IMG/VR virus record: IMGVR_UViG_3300012352_000100
Location: 1-35,379 of that record
Source of the DNA: a virus
Lineage: Duplodnaviria > Caudoviricetes
Direction: 5' to 3' (one strand)
DNA: 35,379 nucleotides
The position numbers and the translations under genes are program-made. The notes under the pieces were generated by a model that saw nothing but the letters and a program-made list of their open reading frames with translations, did no database searches and was not told the origin of the DNA. This document shows positions 34,335-35,379 of the stretch, one piece after another (position 1 is the first letter of the stretch; every line of letters begins with the position of its first letter).

Positions 34335-34719
34335 TACCGTTTATTTTGGCGACGTCTGGGAATTTCTAGCGCAAACTGATAACGTTTACCCGGCGGCGTT
34401 TTATTCGCTTACTGGGTCGTCTATTTCTGGTAAAGAATTAACGCTAAATTTTAGCATTTTCCACCTAGATAGAATGCTACAAGATGAGACAGACGAGACG
34501 GAGGTATTATCTGACCAGCTATTAATAGCCCAGGATATTATCTCAATGATGAGATACCCTAAATTCGACTGGGAAATAGGCGACAGCGTTAACCTAGAAT
34601 TTTATACAGAGAACCAAGAAGACTATTTGGCTGGCGTAAAGGCAGACGTTACTATCACGTTCCCTATGCTATCCGACAGATGCCAAGTTCCTACTAACTT
34701 TAATTATCCTACTACCTAA
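34258..34719 (+). CDS. Tail terminator/head-closure-like protein (putative)
   Basis: Acidic 153-aa protein (H.QINTVYFGD...YP...EVLSD.L.I..DI) between the adaptor and the fibre. Confidence 0.55.
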   Translation: MAIKQLTLNQTVKLIRDLLTSHEQINTVYFGDVWEFLAQTDNVYPAAFYSLTGSSISGKELTLNFSIFHLDRMLQDETDETEVLSDQLLIAQDIISMMRYPKFDWEIGDSVNLEFYTENQEDYLAGVKADVTITFPMLSDRCQVPTNFNYPTT

Positions 34720-35379
34720 TGGCAAATAAAAAAGTAAGTCAATTAACCAGTAAGCCCTCAGTCCTTACGACTGATTTATTCCCTATTGCAGACCCTTCAA
34801 CTGGTCAGCTTTACAAGACTACTATTTCAGACTTAGGAACGGCTATCGGTTCGGGGGTTTCCTCAGTAAACGGATTAGTCGGAGCGGTGGTCTTAGATAC
34901 GGACGACATTCAAGAGCTAGTTAGTCCGACTAACAAATGGTTTACAGATACTAGAGCGAGAGCGGCGCTTTCTGCTTCGTCTCCTTTGGCTTATAATAGT
35001 GGCACTGGGGTATTTAGTATTCCTGCAGCGACAAGTTCTCAGAATGGATATTTAACTAGCACAGACTGGACTACTTTTAATTCAAAACAAGCGGCACTTT
35101 CTGGAACTGGTTTCGTAAAGATTAGCGGTACGACAATTAGCTACGATAATAGCACTTATTTAACTACCAGCGCAGCGGCTTCGACTTATTTGCCTTTAGC
35201 TGGTGGAACTTTGACGGGGCCATTAAACGGAACTAGCGCGACGTTTACGGGGGATTTGACTTTAAGCGGTACAAATCCACGGTTATATTTTACTGATACT
35301 GATAATAACCCAGATTATTTTATTTCAAATACTGACGGAACCTTTACGGTTTACGATGTAACTAATAGCACTGCTAGAT
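34719..35379 (+). CDS. Tail fibre, 5' part (runs off the window; alternative allele after 34996)
   Basis: MANKKVSQLTSKPSVLTTDLFPIADP...VSSVNGLVGAVVLDTDDI...WFTDTRARAALSASSPLAYNSG; open to the end and in frame with the ORF at the window start. Confidence 0.88.
   Translation, partial: MANKKVSQLTSKPSVLTTDLFPIADPSTGQLYKTTISDLGTAIGSGVSSVNGLVGAVVLDTDDIQELVSPTNKWFTDTRARAALSASSPLAYNSGTGVFSIPAATSSQNGYLTSTDWTTFNSKQAALSGTGFVKISGTTISYDNSTYLTTSAAASTYLPLAGGTLTGPLNGTSATFTGDLTLSGTNPRLYFTDTDNNPDYFISNTDGTFTVYDVTNSTAR
34942..34996 (+). repeat. 55-bp exact copy of 1-55, with diverged homology continuing to ~35219
   Basis: Direct comparison. The diverged part contains a 10-codon insertion (LTTSAAASTY) relative to the first copy. 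Confidence 0.97.

Larger units (their letters stand above)
1..35379 (+). mobile_element. Near-complete tailed phage genome (siphovirus-like, probable Bacteroidota host)
   Basis: Terminase, portal, capsid, tail tube, tape measure, endolysin and replication genes are present on one strand, and the two ends overlap within the tail fibre gene. No integrase recognised. Confidence 0.95.

Noticed and set aside
34942-34996. Physical direct terminal repeat
   Set aside because: The second copy is not terminal (383 nt follow), lies mid-gene, and its length matches a common assembly k-mer.

Overview
The window looks like an essentially complete ~35 kb genome of a tailed dsDNA phage (siphovirus-like), most likely infecting Bacteroidota. 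Host evidence: TAnnTTTG promoters, A-rich leaders without Shine-Dalgarno sites, and signal peptides followed by Gln. All credible genes are on the + strand. Order: tail fibre with C-terminal S74 chaperone; lysis genes with a GH19 endolysin; a six-gene cassette of exported/envelope proteins (two CsgG-like paralogues, a cohesin-dockerin-cohesin protein, a lipoprotein resembling a free T9SS C-terminal domain, a membrane protein, a predicted beta-barrel); early/replication genes (ERF, SSB-like, initiator with internal iterons, C5 DNA methyltransferase, RusA); a tRNA-like element; a sigma-factor-like gene; glycosyltransferase and methyltransferase; terminase; tail genes; head genes; and the tail fibre 5' end. 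The first 55 nt recur exactly at 34942-34996 and the two copies then diverge, suggesting a circular 34,941-bp unit with two tail-fibre alleles. I recognised no integrase, repressor or DNA polymerase. The best candidate for an undescribed system is the 4628-9507 cassette. All family assignments come from motif recognition by eye, not database searches.
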